A stretch of 63,604 nt of DNA, counting the filler, from a bacterium (GTDB lineage Bacteria > JALSQH01), in the NCBI GenBank assembly GCA_026985515.1. It is 10 parts of 10 records of this genome, joined end to end, with 100 filler letters (N's around TTAATTAATTAA, not from the genome) between each part and the next. Parts side by side here need not be neighbours in the genome. Positions count along the whole stretch, not along the records: positions 18,197 to 23,278 come from JALSQH010000199.1; positions 23,379 to 31,597 come from JALSQH010000202.1; 8 more parts are not named here. One strand, written 5' to 3'. How positions within the stretch are numbered: position 1 is the first letter of the stretch; every line of letters begins with the position of its first letter. Shown in pieces: positions 19,941-30,559 of the stretch. The notes under the pieces are model-generated. The model saw only the letters and a program-made list of their open reading frames with translations, was not told where the DNA came from and did not search any database. The position numbers and the translations under genes are program-made.

Positions 19941-21202
19941 TCCAGCAGTTTTTCTATCAGTTTTGAGTACTGTTTCCCTATTTCTCTGTATGTGAAGTTC
20001 TGGAGGAGATATTTATGGCCATTGTGACCCATTTTTTTTCTTTCGTCCGGGTCCATTTTGAATAATTTTTCAAATCCTTCAGCTATTCTTGGTTTGTCAT
20101 AATCCTGAATTGTGATTCCTGCACCTGCCCGGGCAACTATGTTGTATTCCTCTTTTACTGGTGCTACAAAAAGTATGGGAAGAGATGCCGCCATGTAGTC
20201 AAAAAGTTTATTGGGACTGCCACCAAGTTCGTAAATCTTTTTGTTGGGCCACCCCGCACATGCCACATCGGACATTTTGAGAATATGGGGTACAAGAGAA
20301 GGCTTCACTCTTCCTGTGAAAAAAACGGGATATGATGGATGAGAATATTTTTTCCTCAGAGATTCAAACAGTGCTCCGTCTCCCACCACGATAAAACAGG
20401 CTGAATTTATCTTGCTGGAAAAAGTGGCAAATCCTTCAAGGAGAGATTCAATGCCTGTTCCCAGCCCCACAGTCCCTGTGAAAACAAATTTAAAAGAACA
20501 TCCTGCAGTCATTGATTCAATCTTTTCAAGCGTTTTTCTATCTTCATCACTTAAGATTTCTCTGGAAGGTTTTTCATATTTTTTTATGACTTCTTCGGGA
20601 AGCCCGTTTGGAATGTAGTTAAACTGTTCCTCTTTTAACCCCTTCTTTTTCATATGCTCTATGGCGCCGGGAATCAGAGAAACAACTGCATCTGAATATT
20701 TGTAACCAGCTTTTTCAATAATGGAGAATGTTACCACAAGAGGATTCCAGCGGGATGTATTCATAAGTTCAGTCAGGGATAGAGGCCAGATATCCCTGAC
20801 TTCAAAAATTACCCTTGGTTTTGTTCTCATGACATGGGAGAGAATGAGTGCCGGGGGAAGAACGAAGAGATGAGGAGATGAGGTAATTATGACATCTGGT
20901 GGAGGAAGTTTCTTCATACCCTCAACTGGATAAAGTGTGGAAAAGATAATCATGTTGACGATTCTTCCCACTCCATTGCCGTGATATTTTGTATTTCTTA
21001 TCCATAGAAAAGGAACTCCTTTTTCATCCGCAACCCCATTCTCCGGGAAATTTGTTAAAAGGTGATGGTATGAAGAGGATATTACAAAGGCTTCATATCC
21101 CAGCTGCCGTAGGGCACTGGCCAGATAGTATTGTCTGAATTGCATTCCTCTTTCTGGAGTGCCGGCGTAATTGTTGACAATCCAGATAACTTTCTTTTTC
21201 AT
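19937..21202 (-). CDS. Glycosyltransferase family 4 (WbuB-like)
   Basis: FEVRDIWPLSL, SPNKLFDYMAASLP. Confidence 0.9.
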   Translation of the reverse strand: MKKKVIWIVNNYAGTPERGMQFRQYYLASALRQLGYEAFVISSSYHHLLTNFPENGVADEKGVPFLWIRNTKYHGNGVGRIVNMIIFSTLYPVEGMKKLPPPDVIITSSPHLFVLPPALILSHVMRTKPRVIFEVRDIWPLSLTELMNTSRWNPLVVTFSIIEKAGYKYSDAVVSLIPGAIEHMKKKGLKEEQFNYIPNGLPEEVIKKYEKPSREILSDEDRKTLEKIESMTAGCSFKFVFTGTVGLGTGIESLLEGFATFSSKINSACFIVVGDGALFESLRKKYSHPSYPVFFTGRVKPSLVPHILKMSDVACAGWPNKKIYELGGSPNKLFDYMAASLPILFVAPVKEEYNIVARAGAGITIQDYDKPRIAEGFEKLFKMDPDERKKMGHNGHKYLLQNFTYREIGKQYSKLIEKLLD

Positions 21203-21283
21203 ACTGGCTCATTATACAGAACAAATTTTTTCCATAAAGATGGATAACTTGTTTATACTTTCAATACTTTTATAATTGATTGC

Positions 21284-23278
21284 ATGGAGATAAGCAAAGA
21301 GGAACTTGAGATAATTGAGAAAAGATTGAATTCACCCTATGTCAGATATTTCAAGAGAATCTTTGATATTACAGCTTCTCTCCTTGCTCTGATTCTTCTC
21401 TCACCTGTCTTTCTGGTGATTGCTGTCATTATTAAAATCACATCTCCCGGACCGGTTATTTTCAAACAGGAGAGGGTTGGCAGGAATTTTAAAAAGTTTA
21501 CCCTTTACAAATTCAGAAGCATGAGGGTTGGAAGTGAGAGAAATGGAGCCGGGGTAACCTTTGCAGGTGATCCAAGGATTACAGGCATAGGTTCTTTCCT
21601 CAGGAAGACCAAGCTTGATGAACTGCCCCAGTTTTTCAATGTACTTAAGGGTGACATGAGCCTGGTGGGGCCAAGGGCTGTACTGGAAAAGTTTGTTATT
21701 CCTTTTAAAGATGATTATGAAATTATTCTCAGGGTGAGACCCGGTCTCACTGATTATGCAACCCTTTACTACACGGAGGAGGAAGAACTGCTGAAGGGCA
21801 AGGGATCAACACCTGAAGAGATTGAGGATTACTATATCAGACATATCCATTCTGAAAAGGTGAGGTTCTACTACAGGTATTTGAAGGAAATCTCCTTTTC
21901 CACAGACCTCAAAATTCTTTTCCTGACCGCTCTAAAACTCTTTCGCGGTATCTGGAACAGAATTATCAAGGCGGGAAAGGAGAAGGTTCTTTACCTTATT
22001 GGAGATCTTACAGTTCTGACTGTTGCATACATTGTAACATTTTACCTGAGGTTTGATTTTCACATTCCCCACAAGCACTTTGTGAATATGTGGAAGGGAC
22101 TTGCTTTTTTTGTTCCGTCTGGAGTGCTTTCCTTTCTTCTGTTCAGGATTTACCGTATTGGCTGGAAGGCTTCCTCCATCAATCTGATTGAGCTAATAAA
22201 GGCGGTTGGCCTGACCTTTCTGCTTTTTGGTCTTGCTGTACTCAGCTTGAGGCATAATTTTTTTTCAAGTTTTCCCAGATCCATAATTTTCCTTGCCCCA
22301 ATAACAGGACTTGCATTCATAAAGGGTTACAGGGTAATAATAGACCAGTTCAGAGATTTTTCCCGTGGAGGTACAAGGACGATCCTCACAGGTGATGCGG
22401 AGAAAGAGGAGTTTGAAAGGGTGATTACAGCTTTTGAAAAAATTAGCGATTTCTTCGATATTGTAGGAATTCTCTCCCGTTCTGAAGATGATGTTGGAAA
22501 GAGTTTCGAGAACAGAAAAGTTATAGGGACATTTGAGGACATATTTAATGTCGTTGAGAGGGAGGCTATAAATTCAATTTTCATTCTGCCATCCAGGGAG
22601 ACCACAATCAAAGGAGAATCTTTTCTGAGGGTGAGGGAGATAACCGGGAAGAATCTTTTCACCTTTGATCCTCTTTACTACCGGCTTTTTTTCCCTGATA
22701 ATTTGCAGAGCTGGATTGAACCATTGGATTTTGAATTTCTCTTCCGGAGGTTGATTTACAACAAAGAATTTGACGAGAAATTAAAGGAGAAAATTGGGGG
22801 TAAAAAGGTCCTGATTTATGGAGGTGATTCTGCCTCATTTTTAGGAACTCTCCTTTTTCATCTGCTTCTCCTTGGCAGTAAAAGGGTGGATATTGTTGCA
22901 ACTGACCCCTTTGAAGCATGGGAGCTTGACAGATTATTTAAGAATCGGTGTGTCAACTGCAGGAGTGAGGTGAAATTTCATGTCAGTGCTAAATCTGTTT
23001 GTGGGGAGGAAGTGACTGCTCTGTATAGAGAGGTTCGCCCTGATTATGTTTTTTATCTGGATACATTTAGAGAGAGTGAAATTACACAATTTGTATCTGC
23101 TGATGATCTGATAAGGAGAAATGTTCTTTTCCCCTTTAAACTTGCTGATGCGATGAATAATAATTCACCTTTTATTTACCTGTCAGGTGGAGTATCATCT
23201 TTTGCCCGTGATGTGGGTGTTACTCTCAGAATCGCTGAATCTTTGTTGAGAAGATATAAGAATGTCTATCTTCTCAGA
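21284..23278 (+). CDS. Fusion of PglC-type phosphoglycosyl transferase and degenerate CapD/PglF-like region, 3'-partial
   Basis: KRIFD..., FKQERVG, KFRSM, LRKTKLDELPQFFNVLKGDMSLVGPR; then 4 TMs (LRFDF..FPRSI) and Rossmann-like GKKVLIYGG. Confidence 0.8.
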
Positions 23279-23378
23279 NNNNNNNNNNNNNNNNNNNNNN
23301 NNNNNNNNNNNNNNNNNNNNNNTTAATTAATTAANNNNNNNNNNNNNNNNNNNNNNNNNNNNNNNNNNNNNNNNNNNN
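23279..23378. other. Artificial contig linker
   Basis: N44-TTAATTAATTAA-N44. Confidence 0.98.
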
Positions 23379-24044
23379 AGCAGGGTATCCTGTCTTTCTT
23401 TTTATTCTTCTGGCAGCCTTTGTGGCTTCATCTCTCGTACGGTAATGACCAACCCTCACTCTGAACCAGATACCCTTCCCGGGAATGTTGGTTCTCTCAT
23501 AATACGCGTCAAAGCCCATCCTCTGGAGTTTTCTCATAAGATTGTAAGCATCGCTCAATCTCCGGAAGGCGGCAATCTGCACTGTAAAAGGTTTCCTGAT
23601 TTTTACGGGGGGGACCGATTTTCTGGGAAGCTTTATTTTTTTCTTTTTTTCTGCCTTCTTTGTTTCACTCTTTTTCCTCAAAGAAACAGTTTCTTGAGGT
23701 GGCGACTTTCTTCTTTCCTCTTTTTTCTCCACATATCCCGATTCAGATTCCTTCTCACCCTGTAGAGGTCGTTCTCTGGTTTCTGCCGCAGTTTCTGAGA
23801 CAACATAAATCTCTGTGCCATGGGTGGTGGATACAACATATTTCACCCTCTTTGATTCCTCAACGGCAGGAATTTTTATCTCTTTCACCCCGGCGCGGGC
23901 ATATTTTTTCTCTTTACTGCTTTTACTGAACTTGGTACCAGCCACAAAGCCGATAAAAAAGATTGCAATTGCAAATATGAAAAAGGTGAGAATTAAAAGG
24001 ACCAGCTCCCTTTTTTCAAAAGTAAAAACAACCCTGTCTTTCAT
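23379..24044 (-). CDS. SPOR-domain cell-division protein (FtsN/DedD-like), 3'-partial
   Basis: N-terminal TM, charged linker, FTVQIAAF..WFRVRVG; follows argS. Confidence 0.85.
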
Positions 24045-25667
24045 TTACATTTTCTCCGGAGCTTCAACTCCAATTATTTCGAGTCCCTCCCTCAAAATGT
24101 ACTTCACCACCTCAATAAGAGCCAGTCTGGTCTTTCTTTCCTCAACATTTTCAGTAAGAACCCTTGTTTCATTATAATACTGGTGAAACTGACGGGCAAG
24201 TTCAACAAGATAAAAAGGAATCCTGTGAGGGGAAAGGTCTCTCACACTCTGCTCTATTATCCTGCTGAAATCTGCAATTTTTTTAAGAAGAGGAATCTCA
24301 CCTTCTCCAAGCTTTTCGGGGAAAAATTCAGGTTTTACATCCAGTCCCTTTTTCTCACCCTGTCTGAATATGCTTGAAATTCTGGCATGTGCATACTGAA
24401 CATAATACACAGGATTCTCATTGCTCTTTTTTCTGGCAAGGTCAAGGTCAAAATCAAGATGAGAATCATTTCTCCTCAAGAGGTAGAAAAACCTCGCCGC
24501 ATCAACTCCAACCTCCTCCACAACATCTCTGAGTGTTACGAATTCTCCCGCCCTGGTGCTCATTGAGACTGGTCTGCCATCTTTTATGAGGGAGACAAGC
24601 TGAATGAAAAGAATCTTTAACCTTTCCTCGTCAAAACCCAAGGCCTTCATGGCTGCCCTGATTCGTGGTTCGTACCCGTGATGATCCGCACCCCATATAT
24701 CAATGATGAGATCATACCCCCCCTCAAATTTCAACCTGTGATAGGCAATATCAGCCAGAAAGTAGGTGGGCTCCCCTGTTGATCTTCTTATAACTCTGTC
24801 CTTTTCGTCACCAAAAAGGGAAGACCTGAACCAGATAGCTCCCTCATCTTCATAGATCAAATCCTTACTCTTCAGGATCTCCACAGTTTCATCAACAACT
24901 CCCCTATCATAAAGGCTCCTTTCAGAAAACCATGAATCAAACTTAACTCTGAATATGTCAAGGTCTTCCTTTATTCCATTAAGAATCTCCTCCGCTGCAA
25001 ATTTTTTAAAAAATTCCAGGTCATTTTCTCTGATGAATCTGTCTCCATAAAGGTCTCTGATTTTTCTTGCAATTTCAATAATATATTCTCCCTTATAATG
25101 ATCCTCTTCAAGTGTTATCTCCTCGCCAAAGAGCTCCCTGTATCTCAGGTAAACAGATTCCCCCAGCTTTGTTATCTGCCTTCCGGCATCATTGATATAA
25201 TACTCTGTGAGCACCTGGAAACCCGTAGCTCTCAATAGTCTTGTCAGAGTATCCCCAAGGGCTGCTCCCCTTCCATGCCCCACATGGAGAGGACCTGTGG
25301 GATTGGCACTCACAAACTCAAGGTGGACCTTCCTTCCCTTCCCAAGATCAGGGATAAGCTTCTCCGGATCTGAAAAAATACCGGAAAACCACTCCGCCCA
25401 TCCTTCTTTTGAAATGAAAAAATTAATGAAGCCAGGACCAGCGATCTCTATCTTCTCTATCCACCTGTCACTGAAACCATCAACGATTTTACCGGCTATT
25501 TCCCGTGGCGCCATTTTAAGCAACGGAGCAAGCGTCATTGCCACATTGGTTGAATAATCCCCCATTTCCGGCCTGGGTGGAACATCAATTTTAATTTCAA
25601 CTCCCTCAACATCCGGGAAAAGCTCCCTGATTCTCCTCTGAACCCTTTGAGCAAGTAACTCATGCAT
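24045..25667 (-). CDS. argS: Arginine--tRNA ligase
   Basis: GDYSTN, GPGFINF, EFVSANPTGPLHVGHGR, YVQYAHAR, APEKM end. Confidence 0.97.
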   Translation of the reverse strand: MHELLAQRVQRRIRELFPDVEGVEIKIDVPPRPEMGDYSTNVAMTLAPLLKMAPREIAGKIVDGFSDRWIEKIEIAGPGFINFFISKEGWAEWFSGIFSDPEKLIPDLGKGRKVHLEFVSANPTGPLHVGHGRGAALGDTLTRLLRATGFQVLTEYYINDAGRQITKLGESVYLRYRELFGEEITLEEDHYKGEYIIEIARKIRDLYGDRFIRENDLEFFKKFAAEEILNGIKEDLDIFRVKFDSWFSERSLYDRGVVDETVEILKSKDLIYEDEGAIWFRSSLFGDEKDRVIRRSTGEPTYFLADIAYHRLKFEGGYDLIIDIWGADHHGYEPRIRAAMKALGFDEERLKILFIQLVSLIKDGRPVSMSTRAGEFVTLRDVVEEVGVDAARFFYLLRRNDSHLDFDLDLARKKSNENPVYYVQYAHARISSIFRQGEKKGLDVKPEFFPEKLGEGEIPLLKKIADFSRIIEQSVRDLSPHRIPFYLVELARQFHQYYNETRVLTENVEERKTRLALIEVVKYILREGLEIIGVEAPEKM

Positions 25668-25848
25668 TATTTTCCTTCTCCTTCTTTTCCATTTCCGCAA
25701 TGATCCTCTTTTTTATGGTAACATCCCATGAGAATTCCGGACATCTCTTTGCATATGAAGGGGGTTTACCAAACCTTATTTTGCAGGTTTCTCTCCACGC
25801 ACATACGTAACATGAAATATGTTCCGAAAGATCCCTCTCATCAACCAT
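25660..25848 (-). CDS. Small Cys-rich hypothetical protein
   Basis: CYVCAWRETC..RCPEF; overlaps ispF and argS by 8 nt each. Confidence 0.7.
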   Translation of the reverse strand: MVDERDLSEHISCYVCAWRETCKIRFGKPPSYAKRCPEFSWDVTIKKRIIAEMEKKEKENNA

Positions 25849-26314
25849 TCTTAACCTCCTCTATTGTGGAAATAGCTATCGCAGCAGCCCCTTCCTTCTG
25901 ACCAATCACACCCATCCCCTCCATGGTGGTGGCCTTAACATTAACAGGAGCTGAAATAATCCTTTCTAAATTCTGTTCAATGGACTTTTTCCATCTGGAT
26001 AATCTGGGTACCTCACCAATATAGGTAAGATCCACATTGACCACCCTGTAACCCTTTTTTCTCAATAGCTCAATGGTTTCTCTGAGAAAAAACTCGCTTC
26101 TGACATTCTTCCATCTCTCATCTGAGGGGGGGAAATACTCGCCAATATCCCCAAGAGCAGCTGCACCAAGAAGGCTGTCAACAATTGCGTGGATTATCAC
26201 ATCAGCATCTGAATGCCCTTCAAGAGTGTATTCACAGGGAATCTCAACTCCACCAAGGTAAATAACCTCCCCTCTCTTAAACGGATGGAAATCAAAGCCT
26301 ATACCTGATCTCAT
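25841..26314 (-). CDS. ispF: 2-C-methyl-D-erythritol 2,4-cyclodiphosphate synthase
   Basis: GIGFDFH, GHSDADV, LGDIGEYFP, NVKATT. Confidence 0.95.
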   Translation of the reverse strand: MRSGIGFDFHPFKRGEVIYLGGVEIPCEYTLEGHSDADVIIHAIVDSLLGAAALGDIGEYFPPSDERWKNVRSEFFLRETIELLRKKGYRVVNVDLTYIGEVPRLSRWKKSIEQNLERIISAPVNVKATTMEGMGVIGQKEGAAAIAISTIEEVKNG

Positions 26315-26694
26315 TCTTCCTTCTCTTCTTCCTTCCCGGTGAATCGATCAAGTATGTCTGGAATCTGATCGACAAGTTTATCAAAAACACCACCGCCCTT
26401 TGTAACTCTGATAAAGGAAACATTGTCTCCATCTATTATGAGGAGTGCAATGGGAGTTACCTTCATACCACCACCAAACCCTGAGAGGCTGCCTCCCGTA
26501 CCATGCTTACTCTTTTTGATAACTCCCTCCTTCAACTCCCCCTCACCACCACCGCCACCAAAACCAATCAAAGCCTGAATAAGGGGCACAACCGTTTTGC
26601 TTCCAATCTGTATCGGTTCCCCCACCACAGTTTTTGTGGTTGTAATGGACTTAAAATTTTCAAACATTTTCTCAATTGCCTCGATGTAGGACAT
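26311..26694 (-). CDS. GerW/YtfJ family protein
   Basis: TVVGEPI..VPL..GFGGGGG..GGGMKVTPIA. Confidence 0.85.
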   Translation of the reverse strand: MSYIEAIEKMFENFKSITTTKTVVGEPIQIGSKTVVPLIQALIGFGGGGGEGELKEGVIKKSKHGTGGSLSGFGGGMKVTPIALLIIDGDNVSFIRVTKGGGVFDKLVDQIPDILDRFTGKEEEKEE

Positions 26695-27148
26695 TTTCCA
26701 CCTCCTTCCTGATTATATCAATTATCCATATAAAACCAATTTTTACAAATAAAATCAATCTTCCACCAGCCCGGAAAATGAAAAAGGGACGGAGTGCAAA
26801 ACCGGGATGAAAATTCCTCATACCAAAAGCATACTTCACCCCGCTCAAGATCCCATCCCAGAAAGGGTCAGCGGTGGAAAGGAAAAGATCCCTCTCAGAT
26901 TCTCTGATGACCATCTGAGAAATAATTTTAAATGTCCGCGGAGAAGGTGAAAATTTCCAGAAATAGCGAAGCAACTTTGAACTTCTGGTTCTCTTTCCCC
27001 TTCCTTTAAACAGCCTGATAATCTTCTTGAATTCAATTTTGAAACCAGAAAACTCCAGGAAATTTTCACTTCCAGTATAAAAACTAACTCTGCTGTGAAG
27101 AAAAAGGATAAAAAGAACAGAAACCAGGGCCAGTGAAAGGTAAAACAT
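26672..27148 (-). CDS. Hypothetical membrane-anchored protein (YtfI/DUF2953-like)
   Basis: N-terminal TM, TADPFWDGILSG motif, upstream of ytfJ-like gene. Confidence 0.55.
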   Translation of the reverse strand: MFYLSLALVSVLFILFLHSRVSFYTGSENFLEFSGFKIEFKKIIRLFKGRGKRTRSSKLLRYFWKFSPSPRTFKIISQMVIRESERDLFLSTADPFWDGILSGVKYAFGMRNFHPGFALRPFFIFRAGGRLILFVKIGFIWIIDIIRKEVENVLHRGN

Positions 27149-27151
27149 GTT

Positions 27152-28015
27152 TCACTGTACCAGATAAACTTCAACAGTTAGCATATGTACTTCACCATCC
27201 TTCTGGTTGGAGGAAAAACTGTAAGAAACAATTCCTCTCGGATATCGCCAGTAGATACCTCCTGAATATGTGTTGTACCTGTAGCCTTCCAGATTCCATC
27301 CGGCAGTCAATCCAATTGTATTGTAAATCAGAAACTCAACACCAACCCTTATGAGAGTATCATCCTTTTTCCATCCATTCTCAAGATGCTGAACCCAGTC
27401 AACTTCTCCTCTGAAAAAATCATCCACACTGCTTCCAATGGAAAACTCAAGAGCTTCAGGAAAATATGAATTGCTGTATTTGAGAAAATTGTAAAATCCC
27501 ACACCAAATCTGATAAGTTCACTGAATTTTACCATCATTCCAGCATCAAGATCCCACCCCTTTCTTCTCCTCACATAATCCTTTATCCACTTAGCTGCAA
27601 GTCCAAAGTAGAGCATTTCAGAGTAGTGCTCCGCAAGGGAAAAGTAAAAATTGTCAATCTTTACACTCTTACCCCCATCCTCAGCACTGAAGATTCTCCC
27701 ATAGAGCATTCCACCAGCAAGTTCCTGGGTTGAATCAAAGGCAGAAAGATCCACATACATGGTCTTTGAAGAATCATTCATTTTGAAAGTATTAAAACCG
27801 ATGCTGAAAAGATGGGTATCAGCTGCCGTTGCGGGATTCGCCTTGAGTAAACCATTTTCATGTCCCACCACAGAATATGCGTTTCCCATCCCATGGGCAA
27901 CTGAAGACTCAGGAATTTCAAATGAAAAAACAGATGCCGAGAACAGGAAAAAACTACCTGTAACCAAAATAACCAGGACCAGTCCAGAAGATTCTTCCAG
28001 TGCTTTTCGATACAT
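27152..28015 (-). CDS. Outer-membrane beta-barrel, PorV/FadL-like (start uncertain)
   Basis: Signal-like stretch then AHGMGNAY..NPA motif, alternating aromatic strands. Confidence 0.6.
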   Translation of the reverse strand: MYRKALEESSGLVLVILVTGSFFLFSASVFSFEIPESSVAHGMGNAYSVVGHENGLLKANPATAADTHLFSIGFNTFKMNDSSKTMYVDLSAFDSTQELAGGMLYGRIFSAEDGGKSVKIDNFYFSLAEHYSEMLYFGLAAKWIKDYVRRRKGWDLDAGMMVKFSELIRFGVGFYNFLKYSNSYFPEALEFSIGSSVDDFFRGEVDWVQHLENGWKKDDTLIRVGVEFLIYNTIGLTAGWNLEGYRYNTYSGGIYWRYPRGIVSYSFSSNQKDGEVHMLTVEVYLVQ

Positions 28016-29774
28016 CAAGGTACTCTCCTTTTCCAAATATCAGCGGATACCCTCCCCTAACAGGCATAACTTCAAGGTTATCATTCTTTACAAAAAAGAA
28101 TAGAGAAGAGGTGAGATCAGAAATCTGACCTGAAAAGAGCAGTTCTTTTATCTTTTGATAGGAGGAATTGAAAGTCAGGAAAAGAACATGGCCTCCTGCT
28201 CTGAGAGTGACATAAAATTTTCCCCCATTCACCACAAGAACAGGATCTGTAACTCCGGAAGAGAAACTTTCAAGAAGATGAGGTGTCCCTCCACTGGAAG
28301 AAAGTGAAAGAAGATAGAGAGAATCCCCTTCAAGGTAAATCATCCACTTACCATAGATATAGGGTGAATGGACACATTCATTTCCAGAAACAGAGAGAAT
28401 CAACCTCTTATTTCCCGAGGTGTCTATTAACCACACAGGAATGGAGACACAGTTTGAAGATGCAAAGAAATTCACATCACCACCTGTGATTGAAATGCCG
28501 TAAAGGGAATCTGTGGTAACAGAGGCTCTGTAACTGTCGTCACTTACATTGTAGATACTGAGTGTGTTCTCGCTGGAGTACAGAAGATAGGCACCCTCTG
28601 AGGCATCAAAGTCTTTGATATTTGTGGCTATCACACCGCCTGTACCTGAAAGCTCATATTTTCTGAAAACACCGCCACTCAAAAAGAAGATAAAGTTCCC
28701 CTCAGTTTCAATCTTCCCCATAGGGATGGAAAGATTGACCTCACTGGCAGTCAGGAGATCATCTGCAGCCGGACTGCTGTAGTTGTAGGCAGCATCCACA
28801 GTGAAGAAGCAATATCGATAGGAAGTTGATGGTGAAACAGTGGTATCAGTAAAAAAGTTTGAGTAATATCCAAGGAAAATTCCACCTGATATGGTATCTC
28901 CAGCTTCATATCTGTATCCCTGTTGAAGAGCAGGGCAGGAGGTATTTCCACCCATCCTCACGATGCCCACCCCTGTAACCCCACCCATGGAGTAATCAAT
29001 GGAAGAGGGAATATCTTCTCCTGCGGTAAAATTGAATACAGATCTTCTGTTACCGGCAAAGGAAAAGCTAACAGCTGGTGTGTGGGGTGGGATGCTGTCA
29101 TGAATTATTCTGAGAACAGTTGCAGAACTATCTATGGAAGTACCATCTTCAAAGTATCTCCTTGCCACAAAATTAAACTCATTAATCTGGTTCTTTTTCA
29201 ATCTGAGAGTGGCTGACCATTCTGTTTCGGGACCAGGTGGAACAATCTGAATCCCATCTTTAATTATGGCTGTTCCAGTGGTTTTCTCTCCATATATTGT
29301 CACATTTAGCTCTCGGGTCACAGAAGGATATGATGTAATAACCGGTGGAGGAGGAGCTTCCCTCTCAATATTGTGCTGAAGTTCTTTCTCTTTCAGTGTG
29401 ATCACTCCTGCATCTGTGACAATTCCCGGTAAAACTGTGATATTATCTTTTTCCCCCGTGTAAATTTTTGTCACGAATTTTGCTGAAACCTGAAGAGTGT
29501 AACCAGTATCAGCGGGAATACCTGTCACAGTGGCGGAGTAACTGGTAAAAGGGAATTTTCTGGAAATGACAAAGTTTCCCTTTTTAACGATAATTTCAAC
29601 TATTCCCTTTTGCAGTATGGAAGATGAAAGGGAAAGAGGGTAAAAACTTTTATTACTAACCGGCACAACAATTTCCAGAGAGATTCCACCTGTCAGGTTC
29701 CCTGATCCCCGCCTGCAACCTTCCCACAGGAAAATCAGGAATAATAAGAGTAAAACAGCTATCTTACATCTCAT
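27954..29774 (-). CDS. Putative surface lipoprotein with Ig/FN3-like and propeller-like domains
   Basis: Lipobox-like LWEGC; S/T/G-rich beta content; YRYCFFTVDAAYNYS FN3-like motif. Confidence 0.65.
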   Translation of the reverse strand: MRCKIAVLLLLFLIFLWEGCRRGSGNLTGGISLEIVVPVSNKSFYPLSLSSSILQKGIVEIIVKKGNFVISRKFPFTSYSATVTGIPADTGYTLQVSAKFVTKIYTGEKDNITVLPGIVTDAGVITLKEKELQHNIEREAPPPPVITSYPSVTRELNVTIYGEKTTGTAIIKDGIQIVPPGPETEWSATLRLKKNQINEFNFVARRYFEDGTSIDSSATVLRIIHDSIPPHTPAVSFSFAGNRRSVFNFTAGEDIPSSIDYSMGGVTGVGIVRMGGNTSCPALQQGYRYEAGDTISGGIFLGYYSNFFTDTTVSPSTSYRYCFFTVDAAYNYSSPAADDLLTASEVNLSIPMGKIETEGNFIFFLSGGVFRKYELSGTGGVIATNIKDFDASEGAYLLYSSENTLSIYNVSDDSYRASVTTDSLYGISITGGDVNFFASSNCVSIPVWLIDTSGNKRLILSVSGNECVHSPYIYGKWMIYLEGDSLYLLSLSSSGGTPHLLESFSSGVTDPVLVVNGGKFYVTLRAGGHVLFLTFNSSYQKIKELLFSGQISDLTSSLFFFVKNDNLEVMPVRGGYPLIFGKGEYLDVSKSTGRIFWTGPGYFGYR

Positions 29775-30559
29775 TTTTCTTTCAGCTTCCATTTTACCTT
29801 CACTGAACCTTTTCCCTTAATGAGAAAAAATTCCTTTATGTAGGCCCGAGAGTAGTTATCTGAAAACGGGTTCTTATCGGGGTAAACAAAGACACTGGAC
29901 CTTTTTTCCTCCTGGTGGTAAAGCTTGGTGCCGAGTTTTATGAGGTCCTTCCTCTCCTGATATCTGTTACGGAAGCTGTCCACAATGGAATAATTCTTCA
30001 TAACATCTTTTTTATCATCCACAGAGAGGTGAAGCAACATCCTGGCAGGGGGCTTATTTTCGGAAACCACTGTAATTTTGAGGGGCTCCAGTTCCACTTC
30101 ACCTTTAACACTCTCCTTAACATTCTTCACAGTGGACTTACCATCAAGCTGATACACCTCTGTGGAGCTTGTACCTTCAATGTACTTTACAAGTATATTT
30201 CCTGCAGAGGAAGTAATAACAGCAGTTGGAGTGTAAAAACTCCTCTCACCTCCATAGACGACCCATCTTGCATTACCCTTAAAAAGATATCCAGTGGTTT
30301 TACCCTCAAGCACCTGAATTTTCAACATTCCATTGTTAACCACAGCGACCTGGTTACTATCTATCAGCACCACTGCTCTGCCAAGGGAAGCATCTATCAC
30401 ATCACCGTCACTGATTGCCTCTCCACCTTTTACCCTGAAAGACTTATTTCCCCGATTTATGAAAACACCACCCGACACAGATACGATGGTTCCTCCAAGT
30501 AGGTATTCAGCAAAGAAGAAAAACCATATAATAAAAATTAAAAGTATCCGCCTAACCAT
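29771..30559 (-). CDS. FecR-domain protein
   Basis: Signal peptide, IVSVSGGVFI..GDVI, FYTPTAV..VYQLDG. Confidence 0.7.
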   Translation of the reverse strand: MVRRILLIFIIWFFFFAEYLLGGTIVSVSGGVFINRGNKSFRVKGGEAISDGDVIDASLGRAVVLIDSNQVAVVNNGMLKIQVLEGKTTGYLFKGNARWVVYGGERSFYTPTAVITSSAGNILVKYIEGTSSTEVYQLDGKSTVKNVKESVKGEVELEPLKITVVSENKPPARMLLHLSVDDKKDVMKNYSIVDSFRNRYQERKDLIKLGTKLYHQEEKRSSVFVYPDKNPFSDNYSRAYIKEFFLIKGKGSVKVKWKLKEK

